Part shown: positions 28,170 to 37,720 of the stretch, in pieces | Layout: every line of letters starts with the position of its first letter | Position numbering within the stretch: position 1 is the stretch's first letter | Origin: a virus | Taxonomy: Duplodnaviria > Heunggongvirae > Uroviricota > Caudoviricetes | IMG/VR virus record: IMGVR_UViG_3300038412_000041 | Length of the DNA: 64,000 nucleotides | Reading direction: 5' to 3' (one strand) | The notes under the pieces: generated by a model | Database searches by the model: none | What the model was told of the DNA's origin: nothing | What the model saw: only the letters and a program-made list of their open reading frames with translations | Translations under genes and position numbers: made by a program

Positions 28170-28508
28170 ATGCTTAGACCTAAGATTGTATGCTTGTGTG
28201 GATCAACCAGATTCAAGAAGGCTTTCGACATTGCAAACTATGAAGAAACTATAAAAGGCAACATCGTGTTGTCTGTAGGTTTCTACGTACATGCTAAAGA
28301 GGGTGAACATGGTGAGCAAGTAGGTTGTAGTCCTGAACTAAAAATCAAACTGGACGAGCTACATAAAAGAAAGATTGATCTGGCAGATGAGGTCTTTGTT
28401 CTAAATGTATACGGTTACATTGGTGACTCTACATTTTCTGAAATTGAATATGCAAAGCTTCACAATAAACCAGTTAGGTATCTTGAGAAAATTTCAAGTG
28501 GAAACTAA
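28170..28508 (+). CDS. nucleoside 2-deoxyribosyltransferase / dNMP N-hydrolase-like protein (weak)
   Basis: C-terminal GYIGDSTFSEIEYAKLHNKPV resembles the D.GTAFE.GYA...KPV motif of the deoxyribosyltransferase/DNPH1 fold. The N-terminus KIVCLCGSTRF is Rossmann-like. Confidence 0.3.
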   Translation: MLRPKIVCLCGSTRFKKAFDIANYEETIKGNIVLSVGFYVHAKEGEHGEQVGCSPELKIKLDELHKRKIDLADEVFVLNVYGYIGDSTFSEIEYAKLHNKPVRYLEKISSGN

Positions 28509-28674
28509 CAATACATATTAGGTATACCATGGAAAAGAATAGTGACTCAAGAATCGTAGAAGAGGTTATGCATCAAGAATACGAAATGTCCTCTGATTAG
28601 TATATAGACCTTGAATTTGAAACTATAGCTTACGATTATAAATTGCATGTAGCTGCTAAAAAAGAATTGAAGCT

Positions 28675-28872
28675 TTGTTCCAGCGCATTAAAAACAACAA
28701 AGTGTTTGAAGGTTACAGTACTGTCTTTAAAGAAAAACGAAAGAGTGGAGGAGTACGTTGTGTTCAAGCTCTTTATCTGGATAAAGATGACTACCAGATA
28801 TATGACGATCCTGACATTGAAGAACGTATCTTGGTTTCCAGAGAGGAAGTATTCTCGTTAAAATCTTGTTAG
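28675..28872 (+). CDS. hypothetical small protein
   Basis: 65 aa. Preferred over the overlapping 28643..28861 frame on composition. Confidence 0.25.
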   Translation: MFQRIKNNKVFEGYSTVFKEKRKSGGVRCVQALYLDKDDYQIYDDPDIEERILVSREEVFSLKSC

Positions 28873-28881
28873 AGGTCTAAT

Positions 28882-29415
28882 ATGAAAGAGAAAACCGCAG
28901 AAGAACTAATCAAGGATATAGAACTCATATTGGTTACAATGCCAACATTACCAAAATCTGTACAAGATACATTGACCACTGTAGGAAAACACTTGACAAT
29001 CCTTGCTATTGCTGAGAAGCAATGTGGGATAGAACACGTAGCAACTGTGGCAGAGGTCTACAAGAGTCGCTATACTCTTGAGTGGAATAACCACGATTTA
29101 CCACAAGGAACAAAGCTTTACCTGCATCCAGATTTTTACAAGAGCAAACCACCTGAGAATGAGGATTTTAGCCATCTGATTCCTTTCATAACAGACGCAA
29201 GAGAGGGCGACCACGTAACGATCAAGGATAAGGAATTTGTCTTTAAAATTAGAAATACTTGTGAGTGTTTTCTAGTAAGTGAAGGTCTTCCAGTAACAAG
29301 ACGCAACTCTAAATACCTACGTTATATAGTAGAAGAAGGTAGTGCTGCTCTATTCAGTTCAAAGTCTGAAATGATTAAGGCTATTAAAGACAAAGTTGTT
29401 TATATTGATGACTAG
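28882..29415 (+). CDS. hypothetical protein
   Basis: 177 aa ORF. Confidence 0.4.
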   Translation: MKEKTAEELIKDIELILVTMPTLPKSVQDTLTTVGKHLTILAIAEKQCGIEHVATVAEVYKSRYTLEWNNHDLPQGTKLYLHPDFYKSKPPENEDFSHLIPFITDAREGDHVTIKDKEFVFKIRNTCECFLVSEGLPVTRRNSKYLRYIVEEGSAALFSSKSEMIKAIKDKVVYIDD

Positions 29416-29424
29416 AGGTGCAAC

Positions 29425-29664
29425 ATGAAATTTATAGGTTGGTTAGTATTCATATTACCAATTGCTTTGCTTGTTTACGGAATCTGGTATATTAAAGACA
29501 GCACTCCTTTTCTCATAGTTGTTTATACAACTGGTGTAATGATCGCAGCTATATTAGGCCTAATGACAATCGTTTTACTCTTTAAACTTCTTGAGAGAAT
29601 TTTTTCTATGTGGCTTAACCTAGTCAAAATGTTAGTGACAGGTCAAAATAATCGCTCATTGTAG
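29425..29664 (+). CDS. small transmembrane protein
   Basis: 79 aa with two hydrophobic helices. Confidence 0.35.
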   Translation: MKFIGWLVFILPIALLVYGIWYIKDSTPFLIVVYTTGVMIAAILGLMTIVLLFKLLERIFSMWLNLVKMLVTGQNNRSL

Positions 29665-29689
29665 TTTATTGTTTAACTAGAGGTGAAAT

Positions 29690-30184
29690 ATGAAAGAATG
29701 GGACGAGTTTGAAAAGTCGGTTATTGTTGATATTGAAATCATGTCTAATAGATACGAACACCGTTACGGTTTTTGGCCTAGAGCTTTAGCCAGAGCAACC
29801 TTGCAAATGCTTAGAAGGCGAGCACCTGCCAACTTTACTGATGCCTTATCTATCAACGTCTTCAAGAAACTTGGTAAACTTCAAACAGGTACATGTAACT
29901 GTGGAGCAAAGCCCGATGAACTAGAGTATCATAAAGATACATGTATCTACAGGCTGGCTTCAGAGATTGAAGACCTTCTTCTTCCAAGATTTCTAAACCA
30001 TCAACTTAATTGGCAAACGACGGATACTGGTGAAAATCAAATTCCTTGCCACTCGCTAATGCTTGGTGGTGTCTTATGTAGGTGGTGGGGTGACAAAAAT
30101 AGTATTATACCTTCAGGTGTGGAACTAATTGATACTCTGCTAAATGAACCAAAAGTAGATAACCATGAGTCCGAAAAAGCTTGA
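29690..30184 (+). CDS. hypothetical protein
   Basis: 164 aa ORF. Confidence 0.4.
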   Translation: MKEWDEFEKSVIVDIEIMSNRYEHRYGFWPRALARATLQMLRRRAPANFTDALSINVFKKLGKLQTGTCNCGAKPDELEYHKDTCIYRLASEIEDLLLPRFLNHQLNWQTTDTGENQIPCHSLMLGGVLCRWWGDKNSIIPSGVELIDTLLNEPKVDNHESEKA

Positions 30185-30212
30185 AGGCTTTTTCACTATG
30201 GGAGTTTTCAAA

Positions 30213-30542
30213 ATGAAAGACAAACGCGTGATTCTTGAACCTCGAATTGTTTGTGCTGCTAACCGCCACCCTACTACTGGTGAGATTGCAATTGGCGTCC
30301 GACATTTCTGTACCCAAATGCACCAAAACATTCGTGGTCTATGTGCTAGACGTGGTGTTAAGGCTAGTGACTTAAATAACGAATATGCAATGGGTTGGCG
30401 TACTTCCAAACAAGGTTTCATTGACCAGTTCTGGAAGTTTCATACGCGTGAAGAAGCGTGGGTTATAGCAGACGCCAATGGACAGATAATTCAGGACCGT
30501 GATTGGTTTACAGGCTCATTGCATAGTGAGCATCTTTATTAG
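30213..30542 (+). CDS. hypothetical protein
   Basis: Frame of ORF 30165..30542. Start placed at the internal ATG 30213 (ribosome-binding site GGGAG) to avoid overlapping the upstream gene; start uncertain. Confidence 0.3.
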   Translation: MKDKRVILEPRIVCAANRHPTTGEIAIGVRHFCTQMHQNIRGLCARRGVKASDLNNEYAMGWRTSKQGFIDQFWKFHTREEAWVIADANGQIIQDRDWFTGSLHSEHLY

Positions 30543-30550
30543 AGGTTAAT

Positions 30551-30952
30551 ATGGACTTTCCTAAAGGCAGTATCGTTAGACTAAAAAGTGGTGGTCCTAA
30601 CATGACCGTTGCCGATTATAGAGTATGTGCCTCTTATAGTATTATCACTTGTGTTTGGTACGATGAAGGCAAGATTAATCAAGAAAATGTTCTATCAACT
30701 ACTTTGGATTTGGTTAGCTTGAATAAGGACGTAGACATATCTTTTTTGAATATAGAAAATTTGGACAAAGCAATTTTCTACCTTGCAAGTGCCTATCGTG
30801 AATTAAACGAGCTTGATGAGAAGTTGGAGGCTTACAGAAAACTTGAAAACCCTGTTGTATTACATGCAAATTTAATACGAGGTTTTCCTGCAATGTTGTC
30901 TAAAGAACAGTTGTTACATCTGTTGGGTGAATACGGTAATAAGGAGATATAG
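30551..30952 (+). CDS. YodC/DUF2158-like small protein
   Basis: N-terminal KGSIVRLKSGGPNMTV resembles the K.GD.V.LKSGGP.MTV motif. Confidence 0.35.
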   Translation: MDFPKGSIVRLKSGGPNMTVADYRVCASYSIITCVWYDEGKINQENVLSTTLDLVSLNKDVDISFLNIENLDKAIFYLASAYRELNELDEKLEAYRKLENPVVLHANLIRGFPAMLSKEQLLHLLGEYGNKEI

Positions 30953-31217
30953 AACGGCTACATTTTCTTATTTGATACCTCTATTAAAAGAAGCAAAAAA
31001 CGGAGACACTATCAAGGTTGAAAAGTATGGAGATTTTGAGTTTGTCAGATTTGACATTGGTTCGGTTTTCTTGGTTTCTAAAGAAAATCTTAATATGTTG
31101 TACGATAGCCAGGTATATCTGCGTCTTGTCAGCGAATCTGACTTAGGTAAAGCACTCTTTGTATCTCTAATGGAAATGTTTGCTGCCATCGAAAATGATA
31201 TGGTAGTAATCAAATAA
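30927..31217 (+). CDS. hypothetical protein
   Basis: 96 aa ORF. Confidence 0.3.
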   Translation: MNTVIRRYRTATFSYLIPLLKEAKNGDTIKVEKYGDFEFVRFDIGSVFLVSKENLNMLYDSQVYLRLVSESDLGKALFVSLMEMFAAIENDMVVIK

Positions 31218-31229
31218 TAGAGGTCTTAT

Positions 31230-31436
31230 ATGACTATCAAAAACATTTCAAGTTCTATCCTTACATTGGCAGTAAGTCTTTTAGCTGTCTTGTCTCCTGT
31301 TGCTTTGGTCGCATCTATTGACATATATGACTGCTCATATTTTGGAAAAAGCTTAGGTATAACCACAAGGTATGACTACGAATGTATGGTGTCTGTAGGT
31401 GGTAGTTGGATTCCAAAGAGATACATCTCACACTAA
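31230..31436 (+). CDS. small secreted or membrane protein
   Basis: 68 aa with an N-terminal hydrophobic segment. Confidence 0.3.
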   Translation: MTIKNISSSILTLAVSLLAVLSPVALVASIDIYDCSYFGKSLGITTRYDYECMVSVGGSWIPKRYISH

Positions 31437-31461
31437 GAAACATTAAACAGGGAGACTGCAC

Positions 31462-31641
31462 ATGATTGCACGTTTTGTTTTATTTTGGGTAATAACAACA
31501 GGTCTTTGTTTTGCTTATGCTTGGATCATGACCAACCAGGATAAGCAGTTGTTTAAACTTTGGTCAAAACGTATTTCCATTTCTGCCTTAATTGCCTTTC
31601 TTCTGCTAATATGTATCGTCATTTTGGAGAGACACTCATGA
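31462..31641 (+). CDS. small two-helix membrane protein, translationally coupled (ATGA) to the SPFH gene; NfeD-like partner candidate
   Basis: 59 aa, below the ORF-track cutoff: MIARFVLFWVITTGLCFAYAWIM...ALIAFLLLICIVILERHS. Ribosome-binding site GGGAGA. The stop overlaps the SPFH start codon. Confidence 0.35.
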   Translation: MIARFVLFWVITTGLCFAYAWIMTNQDKQLFKLWSKRISISALIAFLLLICIVILERHS

Positions 31642-32447
31642 AACTTCGTAACTTTATCTTTTTGCCTATACTCTGTATCGTGCTGACTGCTTGTGGTAAC
31701 ATTGATACAGGTCATGTAGGTGTTCGCACTACATTTGGACAAGTGTCTCAAAATCCTGAGAACCCTGGATTCTATATTGCTATTCTTAGTCACGTTGACG
31801 AGTACTCTGCAAAGCAGATTGCTATTGATCTGAAAAACATGACTCCTAAAGCCAAGGACAATTTGAATCTGGAAGACTTGGATTTGACGGTTTATTACGA
31901 AGTTGCACCTAGCAAAATTCCGTCTCTTGCTACAAAATATTCAGGTCAGTCTATTTTTGAACACAGTCTAGGTTATCCTGGATACGTATTGGTTGAAAAT
32001 TTGGCAAAGGCAGTAACTTTTGATGAAGTAGCAAAGCATGACTCTATGACAATTCATCTATACCGGCAGGAAGTTGAAGCTGATATTAAGAGTACGCTTC
32101 AAGCAGAGCTTAATCAGTCTGACCCAAGTGTATTTACGATTACACGCGTGGCTATTCTTCAGGCAAAGACGGATCGTGCTGTAGAAGAGTCTATCGTTCG
32201 TGCTGTAACTGTACAAAAAGAGGTAGAAGCCAAGAAGCAACAGATTGAGTTGGCTAAAGCTGAAGCTACAAGAGCTATCGCAGAAGCAGGAGGCATTGCT
32301 CAAAGTAATCAAATGGTAGCAGCCAGTATTAGCAAGGAACTAGTAGAGTATAAGAAAGCTGAAGCTATGCAGACGTGTGCCGCAACCTCTGGTTGTGCCA
32401 TGACATTGATCGTTGGAAATGCAACACCTTTGATTAACGTAAAGTAA
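31638..32447 (+). CDS. SPFH/band-7 (prohibitin/HflK-like) lipoprotein
   Basis: Signal peptide plus lipobox MKLRNFIFLPILCIVLTAC. SPFH core IDTGHVGVRTTFGQV...PGFYIA and a C-terminal EAKKQQIELAKAEATRAIAEAGG coiled coil. Start chosen at 31638 (ribosome-binding site GGAGA) rather than the ORF-track start 31560. Confidence 0.65.
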   Translation: MKLRNFIFLPILCIVLTACGNIDTGHVGVRTTFGQVSQNPENPGFYIAILSHVDEYSAKQIAIDLKNMTPKAKDNLNLEDLDLTVYYEVAPSKIPSLATKYSGQSIFEHSLGYPGYVLVENLAKAVTFDEVAKHDSMTIHLYRQEVEADIKSTLQAELNQSDPSVFTITRVAILQAKTDRAVEESIVRAVTVQKEVEAKKQQIELAKAEATRAIAEAGGIAQSNQMVAASISKELVEYKKAEAMQTCAATSGCAMTLIVGNATPLINVK

Positions 32448-32454
32448 AAATTAG

Positions 32455-32904
32455 GTGATACTAATGAACAAAAAAGCTTATTTTGCAATGGTTCTTTCGA
32501 CTGCGTGTTTATTAATATCCTTAGTGTCTGCATATTTGTATAGAACAGTACCAGGATACAAAGATTTGTTTATCGAGATAGCAATAGTGGCAGGCGTTAT
32601 CTCTTTTGTTTCCTACACACGCTACAAGAAAAACAAGGTATCAACACCCAGATATCGAGCAGTCAAGTTTGAAAGAGCGGGTTCAGATGTGGAAATGTGG
32701 GTAGTACAAGAGTATGGTGTTCATCTTGAACACGATGGTACTACCACTTTAGGTTACGAACAGATCGGCAGTACGTTTAACACTGCTGAACAAGCTCAGG
32801 CTTATCTCAATAGTCTGTTAGTTATGGGTGGGCAATGCAAGTATACTTACTACACACCAGATGAATTGAGAGCAGAGCTAGAAACAAAACATTTAGGACT
32901 ATAA
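32455..32904 (+). CDS. membrane-anchored hypothetical protein
   Basis: 149 aa with two N-terminal hydrophobic helices. Confidence 0.35.
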   Translation: MILMNKKAYFAMVLSTACLLISLVSAYLYRTVPGYKDLFIEIAIVAGVISFVSYTRYKKNKVSTPRYRAVKFERAGSDVEMWVVQEYGVHLEHDGTTTLGYEQIGSTFNTAEQAQAYLNSLLVMGGQCKYTYYTPDELRAELETKHLGL

Positions 32905-32908
32905 TCAA

Positions 32909-33256
32909 ATGGGTATGTTTAATCAGAATGATTTTCTAGAACCTTTGCAGGTCAATACACAACAATCAGATTTAAAGTCGGCGTTAGTCAACAAAATCCA
33001 ACACATTTTTAAAAGGAAAGAAAAAGTGAACCCAAATTTTGAATTAGTAGTAAAGTTCGCCAAGTTTTACATGAATGACACGTCTAAAGAAATCACTAAT
33101 GAAACAAAGTTGATGGAGGTACTTGACGATTCTTTGGACCTTGTAGAGTTTGCAATGGACATTGAAGAGACAGTTAAAACCAGCATTCCTGATTATGTAG
33201 TCGAGAGTTGGAAAACTATAGGTGATGTAGTCGAGTATCTTGATACACATAGTTGA
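32909..33256 (+). CDS. acyl carrier protein-like
   Basis: LMEVLDDSLDLVEFAMDIEETV matches the acyl carrier protein phosphopantetheine-attachment signature (DSL). Confidence 0.5.
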   Translation: MGMFNQNDFLEPLQVNTQQSDLKSALVNKIQHIFKRKEKVNPNFELVVKFAKFYMNDTSKEITNETKLMEVLDDSLDLVEFAMDIEETVKTSIPDYVVESWKTIGDVVEYLDTHS

Positions 33257-33265
33257 GGAAAAATT

Positions 33266-33838
33266 ATGATTTGCAGACGCTGCCAAGGATTAGTAATAAA
33301 AGATAGTCAAGCTCTTGGTTATTCAGGTACCCTATGTGGTTGCCAAAAACCAGACGTGCCAGAATCAAACCATGGTTGGGTATGTACTTTATGTGGAGTA
33401 TCAAATTCTCCTACAAGTATCACATGTATGTGTTCTCAGTTCAAAACAATCAAAGTGTTTAATGTAAATGAAGATAGTACAAACGAAACAGAAGACCTAC
33501 TACATACAATAGTACGTAATTTACCAGGTTGGGAACACATGCTTGTTTGGAGTGATATTATTGGAACCTTTCTTTATAAAAGTCATATAAAAAACAAACC
33601 CAAATCAGATTGGAATCCGTTAACGAGCAATGAAGATGCAGCTTGGTTAGAGGCACATCTTGAGATAAACATAGAATGGAACCTCTACAAGGACGATCAT
33701 GTTTATGCCACCATAGTAGAACATAACCTTACCTGTTCCGAGCCTTACAGAACAGATAAAAATGTAGCTAGGCGGCTTGCAACCACAAGAGTTGCTGCCG
33801 TTTATTATTCCAAACTAGAAATAGAACGGATAACTTAA
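33266..33838 (+). CDS. zinc-ribbon hypothetical protein
   Basis: CRRCQ..CGC..CTLCG..CMC cysteine clusters. Confidence 0.4.
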   Translation: MICRRCQGLVIKDSQALGYSGTLCGCQKPDVPESNHGWVCTLCGVSNSPTSITCMCSQFKTIKVFNVNEDSTNETEDLLHTIVRNLPGWEHMLVWSDIIGTFLYKSHIKNKPKSDWNPLTSNEDAAWLEAHLEINIEWNLYKDDHVYATIVEHNLTCSEPYRTDKNVARRLATTRVAAVYYSKLEIERIT

Positions 33839-33937
33839 AAGGTACCACATGCTATATGATCTAGAGTTCATAATTATAGGTGCCTTAGCCGCATTGCTAA
33901 TTATCTCAATACTTGTAGCTCTGATAACTTTGGCGTC

Positions 33938-34594
33938 TTGTTTAATTTCCAAATAGGTTTGAAAATGTCATTGTTAAACATTAGTGACCCATCAAAAATA
34001 AAAACAATCTTGAAACCAAGAGTAGTGCATTTGTGCGATGATACAGTTAAAAAGCCTATCAATGCAAAACCAAAATCTATACCTACCAAACCTGTAACTA
34101 GGAAACCAAATGTCGGTGATTTATCTATCCAGGAACCGGCACCCCATAAAAACGCCAAGTTGCAAATTCACAAAACTCGATCAAAGGAAACCATTCCTGT
34201 TAATAAAAGAAAAACGAAGCTCCCGGTATATAAAAAGCCATATGTAGAAGGTCCTTTCGCAAAAAGAAAGAAACCAGAATTTAAAACACCTGTTTGGTTT
34301 ATTAAGCTTGCTCATTATATGGATTATCAGTTGCCGAATCCAGTTCCTTACAAAATCAAAGCTCTTTGTAGTGGTAAGAATGATCTGTACAGTATTTCAA
34401 TGTTGTTGATTAAAGGATATCCTGTACGTTATCTAAACAAAACAGGTCACTGTAGTTGCAATACATTGCGTAGACTTCGCAAATTGTTAATAGAAGCATT
34501 CAACATTAAAATTCTCTGTGGGTGTGGTAAAGACTCCAAACACCAAGGGAGTTGTGATTTTAGAAACTCTATAAAAGAAAAGGATAAATCATGA
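33938..34594 (+). CDS. lysine/proline-rich hypothetical protein
   Basis: 218 aa with KPK/KRK-rich N-terminal half and C-terminal Cys/His motifs. Confidence 0.35.
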   Translation: MFNFQIGLKMSLLNISDPSKIKTILKPRVVHLCDDTVKKPINAKPKSIPTKPVTRKPNVGDLSIQEPAPHKNAKLQIHKTRSKETIPVNKRKTKLPVYKKPYVEGPFAKRKKPEFKTPVWFIKLAHYMDYQLPNPVPYKIKALCSGKNDLYSISMLLIKGYPVRYLNKTGHCSCNTLRRLRKLLIEAFNIKILCGCGKDSKHQGSCDFRNSIKEKDKS

Positions 34595-34700
34595 TTATTA
34601 CACTTCACTGGTGGTTCTTACCTATACTTTTAGTTTGTTGTGGTCTGTACTTCGGTCGGTCTTCAGGTGACTATGATTTTGCTTCTCCAATGATAGCTCT

Positions 34701-34928
34701 ATGTTTTTACATAGCGGCTATTTTTATTTGTGCTGGATTCCTTATCGGCAAAATAGCATAGGTGTATATATGCAACCCATAATCAGTATGTTTATATCTC
34801 TTTTTCTGCTAACATGCGGCCTTTATCTTCTTAATCAAGAAGATACTAAAGAGAAGGATTTCTCACAATACTTGGTCTACATATTCTTTGTAGAGTCTTT
34901 TCTATATCTTGGACTTGCTTTTTGGTAA
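34701..34928 (+). CDS. small transmembrane protein
   Basis: 75 aa with two hydrophobic helices. Confidence 0.3.
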   Translation: MFLHSGYFYLCWIPYRQNSIGVYMQPIISMFISLFLLTCGLYLLNQEDTKEKDFSQYLVYIFFVESFLYLGLAFW

Positions 34929-34936
34929 GGTGCTCA

Positions 34937-35557
34937 ATGAAAACACATCACAAGCTAGACACTGACACGCATGTATTTTTCTATGAACAGGAGTTTTACG
35001 TACTATCTAACTTTTCAGCTTTCACCTTGTACTGGAAACAGAAGATTTTTCAAACCTCAGAAGCTGCATACCACTATGAAAAATTTACTGGAAACCCAAC
35101 ATTACAGGATTTGATACATGGGGCTCCTTCAGCACACGAAGCTTATAAGATTGCTGGTCTAAACAAAGATCAAGTAAGAAAAGATTGGTTTGAGGTTCGT
35201 ACTCAGATAATGCGAAATATTCTTATAGCAAAGGCCAGTCAACACCAGTATGTTCTGAAAAAGCTTTTAGAAAGTGGTGATCGTGAGCTAGTAGAAGATT
35301 CCTGGAGAGACGATTATTGGGGATGGGGTCCTAACAAAGATGGTGAAAACATGTTAGGTAAATTATGGATGGAAGTCCGAGCATTGTTTCAACAATTTGA
35401 ACCTACAACTACTGGTATTGGTAGTGGTCATGTGCTCCCTGGTATCTTGACCAACATTGGTGATGGTTATGCTGCATATTGTCCTGGTATAGGTAATGCT
35501 GGACAACCAAGTTCCTTTATTAATGAGTCTATGCGTAACCACAAGGAATCAAAATGA
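34937..35557 (+). CDS. NADAR (YbiA-like) domain protein
   Basis: FYVLSNFSAF, FQTSEAAYHYEKF, VRTQIMRNILIAKASQHQ and DDYWGWG..GENMLGKLWMEVR align with YbiA/NADAR motifs. ATG 34937 with an AAGGTG ribosome-binding site (ORF-track TTG start at 34922). Confidence 0.7.
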   Translation: MKTHHKLDTDTHVFFYEQEFYVLSNFSAFTLYWKQKIFQTSEAAYHYEKFTGNPTLQDLIHGAPSAHEAYKIAGLNKDQVRKDWFEVRTQIMRNILIAKASQHQYVLKKLLESGDRELVEDSWRDDYWGWGPNKDGENMLGKLWMEVRALFQQFEPTTTGIGSGHVLPGILTNIGDGYAAYCPGIGNAGQPSSFINESMRNHKESK

Positions 35558-36342
35558 ATCTTGAACACGTTATTAAGGTCGATACTGACTATGGTGTAAT
35601 GTATCTTAATTCTCAAGACACCGCGCAAACACCTTTCTTTTTACATACAAGAAAAGCTATCAATCATAATGAGCTTGAGCTTTTGAATCAGGTCTGCAAT
35701 ATTCTTTTCAATCATGGACAGTTTGATCTAGTTGATGGTGGTTCGCACGTCGGAACTTATCCTTTATTCTTCAAAAAGTTTAATCCTAGACTAGGACAAG
35801 TCTTTTCATTTGAGCCTATTCCACGTTTTGCCGAAATGCAGATGGAGAGCATTCTGCTAAACTACCCAATAGAAGAAACTAGAAATATGCATGTTTGGGT
35901 TAAAGCACTTGGTAGAAATCCTGGAGTACTTTTAGTACCAAGTCTTGACTATTCAAAACTTACAAACTTTGGTGGCATAGAGTGGGGTCACGATCAGCTA
36001 GAGGATATTGGTCAACATGTTACACGGTCTACTGATGACAAAGTAGAGGTTGTAACCTTAGAGTCTATAGAGCCTAGATTGGCTGATAAGCTATTCATAA
36101 AGTTAGACGTTGAAGGTATGGAAGAAGATGTGCTGCAAGGTGCAAAAGAAATGTTGCTCTCTAAGAGACCTCTACTGTTTGTAGAATTTATCAAGTCTAA
36201 CCAAGAGAATTTAAAAAGCATTTTGAAGGAACTTGATTACAGAATCTTTAGAACGAACACTGACTTTCTTTGTATTAATCGACAGTCTCCTTATATGGAA
36301 GTTGCTTGTAGTTTAGTAGAGTCTCAGTATAATGAGGAGTGA
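35554..36342 (+). CDS. FkbM-family SAM-dependent methyltransferase
   Basis: FDLVDGGSHVGTYPLFF (motif I) and IKLDVEGMEEDVLQGAKEML..RPLLFVEF (FkbM signature). Confidence 0.6.
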   Translation: MNLEHVIKVDTDYGVMYLNSQDTAQTPFFLHTRKAINHNELELLNQVCNILFNHGQFDLVDGGSHVGTYPLFFKKFNPRLGQVFSFEPIPRFAEMQMESILLNYPIEETRNMHVWVKALGRNPGVLLVPSLDYSKLTNFGGIEWGHDQLEDIGQHVTRSTDDKVEVVTLESIEPRLADKLFIKLDVEGMEEDVLQGAKEMLLSKRPLLFVEFIKSNQENLKSILKELDYRIFRTNTDFLCINRQSPYMEVACSLVESQYNEE

Positions 36343-36345
36343 AAC

Positions 36346-36882
36346 ATGGTTGATCTACATCTTGTGGAAAAAGCAAGGTCTTATGCTACATGGGCGCACG
36401 GTGATATAGGACAACGTCGAAAGTATACCGACGAGCCTTACATTGTCCATCCAAAAGCAGTAGTTGATATCTTGACAGGTGTCAATAAACATACCACGCA
36501 GATGCTATGTCTAGGATGGTTGCACGATGTTGTCGAAGATGTTCCTAATATAACTATAGACAACATTAACATGGCTTTTGGACAGGAACTTGCAGAAGCT
36601 ATGGAGTTTATCACAGACAGGAAATCTCCATATCTCAACCGTTATACAAGAAAAGCAATATACAGAGCAAAGCTCTCCATCGCCCCTGACTGGGTAAAAA
36701 CAGTAAAACTGGCAGACTGTATAGATAACCTTGACTCGATAATCAAATATGATTCTCAGTTTGCTAAAGTGTATGTCTATGAAAAACAGTTGATGCTTCC
36801 GTACCTGATAGGCGGTGATGCCCAACTATATCATAGACTTGCCAGTATCCTACAAAAATATGAGGATTCCAAGAATGGATAA
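36346..36882 (+). CDS. HD-domain (p)ppGpp/ppApp hydrolase-like (small alarmone hydrolase)
   Basis: DEPYIVHPKAVVDIL...LGWLHDVVEDV matches the RelA/SpoT HD hydrolase motif (PYI.HP.AVA..L...A.LHDV.EDT). Confidence 0.6.
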   Translation: MVDLHLVEKARSYATWAHGDIGQRRKYTDEPYIVHPKAVVDILTGVNKHTTQMLCLGWLHDVVEDVPNITIDNINMAFGQELAEAMEFITDRKSPYLNRYTRKAIYRAKLSIAPDWVKTVKLADCIDNLDSIIKYDSQFAKVYVYEKQLMLPYLIGGDAQLYHRLASILQKYEDSKNG

Positions 36883-37720
36883 ACCTATTCTCTGCATCTA
36901 CCACGATCAATGTGTGGATGGTTTCACCGCTTATTGTTTGTTGGCGACCAAGTTTAATGTTGAACCTTTTGCAGCCAACTATAACAATCCACCTCCAGAT
37001 GTTACTGATAGAGTTGTGTACATTTTGGATTTTTCATATCCTCTTGAAGTCATGCAGTCCATAATTGAAAAAGCTAGACATGTTGTACTTATGGACCACC
37101 ATGCTTCTGCCATAAGGAATCTAAATAGTTTAGAGTCTTCAGACAAGTTTGAAAAATATATGGACCTGGATAGATCAGGAGCCATGATTGTTTTTGACCA
37201 TTTAAAAGAAGGCAATACTTTTGCAGGAATCAAAGCCAGTATATTTAGAGAGTTTGTCGATTATGTTCAGGATCGTGATCTATGGAGAAAGCAGTTAGAC
37301 ATGACAGAGGAAGTATACGCAGCAATCTTTAGTTATCCTTTTGATTATGATACATACATCAACCTAATATTTTCAGGTATAGAAAAATTAAAAGAAGAGG
37401 GAATAGCTTTACTTCGTAATCACAGAAAAGTAGTAGACGAACTTTTGAAGAACTATGCAAGACCTATGACTGTTGCAGGTTACAAAGTGTTGGCTGTAAA
37501 TTCTCCGAAAATGTACGCCAGTGATGTTGCAAGCATATTAGCCGAATCATATCCTTTTGGTGTTTGTTATAGAGATACTAGTGAAGGCCGGATATTTGAT
37601 TTGCGTTCTAGAAAAGACGGTATTGATGTTTCAAAGATCGCTGAATCTTATGGAGGTGGTGGTCACAAACACGCATCTGGTTTCAAAATGCCTATCTACA
37701 AGTTGATGGATTCTATATAA
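36875..37720 (+). CDS. DHH/DHHA1 phosphoesterase (NrnA/RecJ-like nanoRNase or oligonucleotide phosphodiesterase)
   Basis: DHH motifs YHDQCVDGFTA, ILDFSYP and VVLMDHHAS, plus DHHA1 GGGGHKHASGF. Start at ATG 36875 (ribosome-binding site GAGGA), overlapping the upstream stop by 8 nt. The ORF-track start 36815 would overlap by 68 nt. Confidence 0.65.
   Translation: MDKPILCIYHDQCVDGFTAYCLLATKFNVEPFAANYNNPPPDVTDRVVYILDFSYPLEVMQSIIEKARHVVLMDHHASAIRNLNSLESSDKFEKYMDLDRSGAMIVFDHLKEGNTFAGIKASIFREFVDYVQDRDLWRKQLDMTEEVYAAIFSYPFDYDTYINLIFSGIEKLKEEGIALLRNHRKVVDELLKNYARPMTVAGYKVLAVNSPKMYASDVASILAESYPFGVCYRDTSEGRIFDLRSRKDGIDVSKIAESYGGGGHKHASGFKMPIYKLMDSI

Noticed and set aside
28643-28861. Alternative frame overlapping 28675..28872
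   Set aside because: The two frames overlap almost completely, so only one can be real. The 28675 frame has a more protein-like composition, but both have low confidence.
31560-31637. Upstream extension of the SPFH ORF (ORF-track start 31560)
   Set aside because: The extension would overlap a well-formed coupled small membrane ORF and lacks a ribosome-binding site. The ATG at 31638 has a GGAGA ribosome-binding site and yields a canonical lipoprotein signal peptide.
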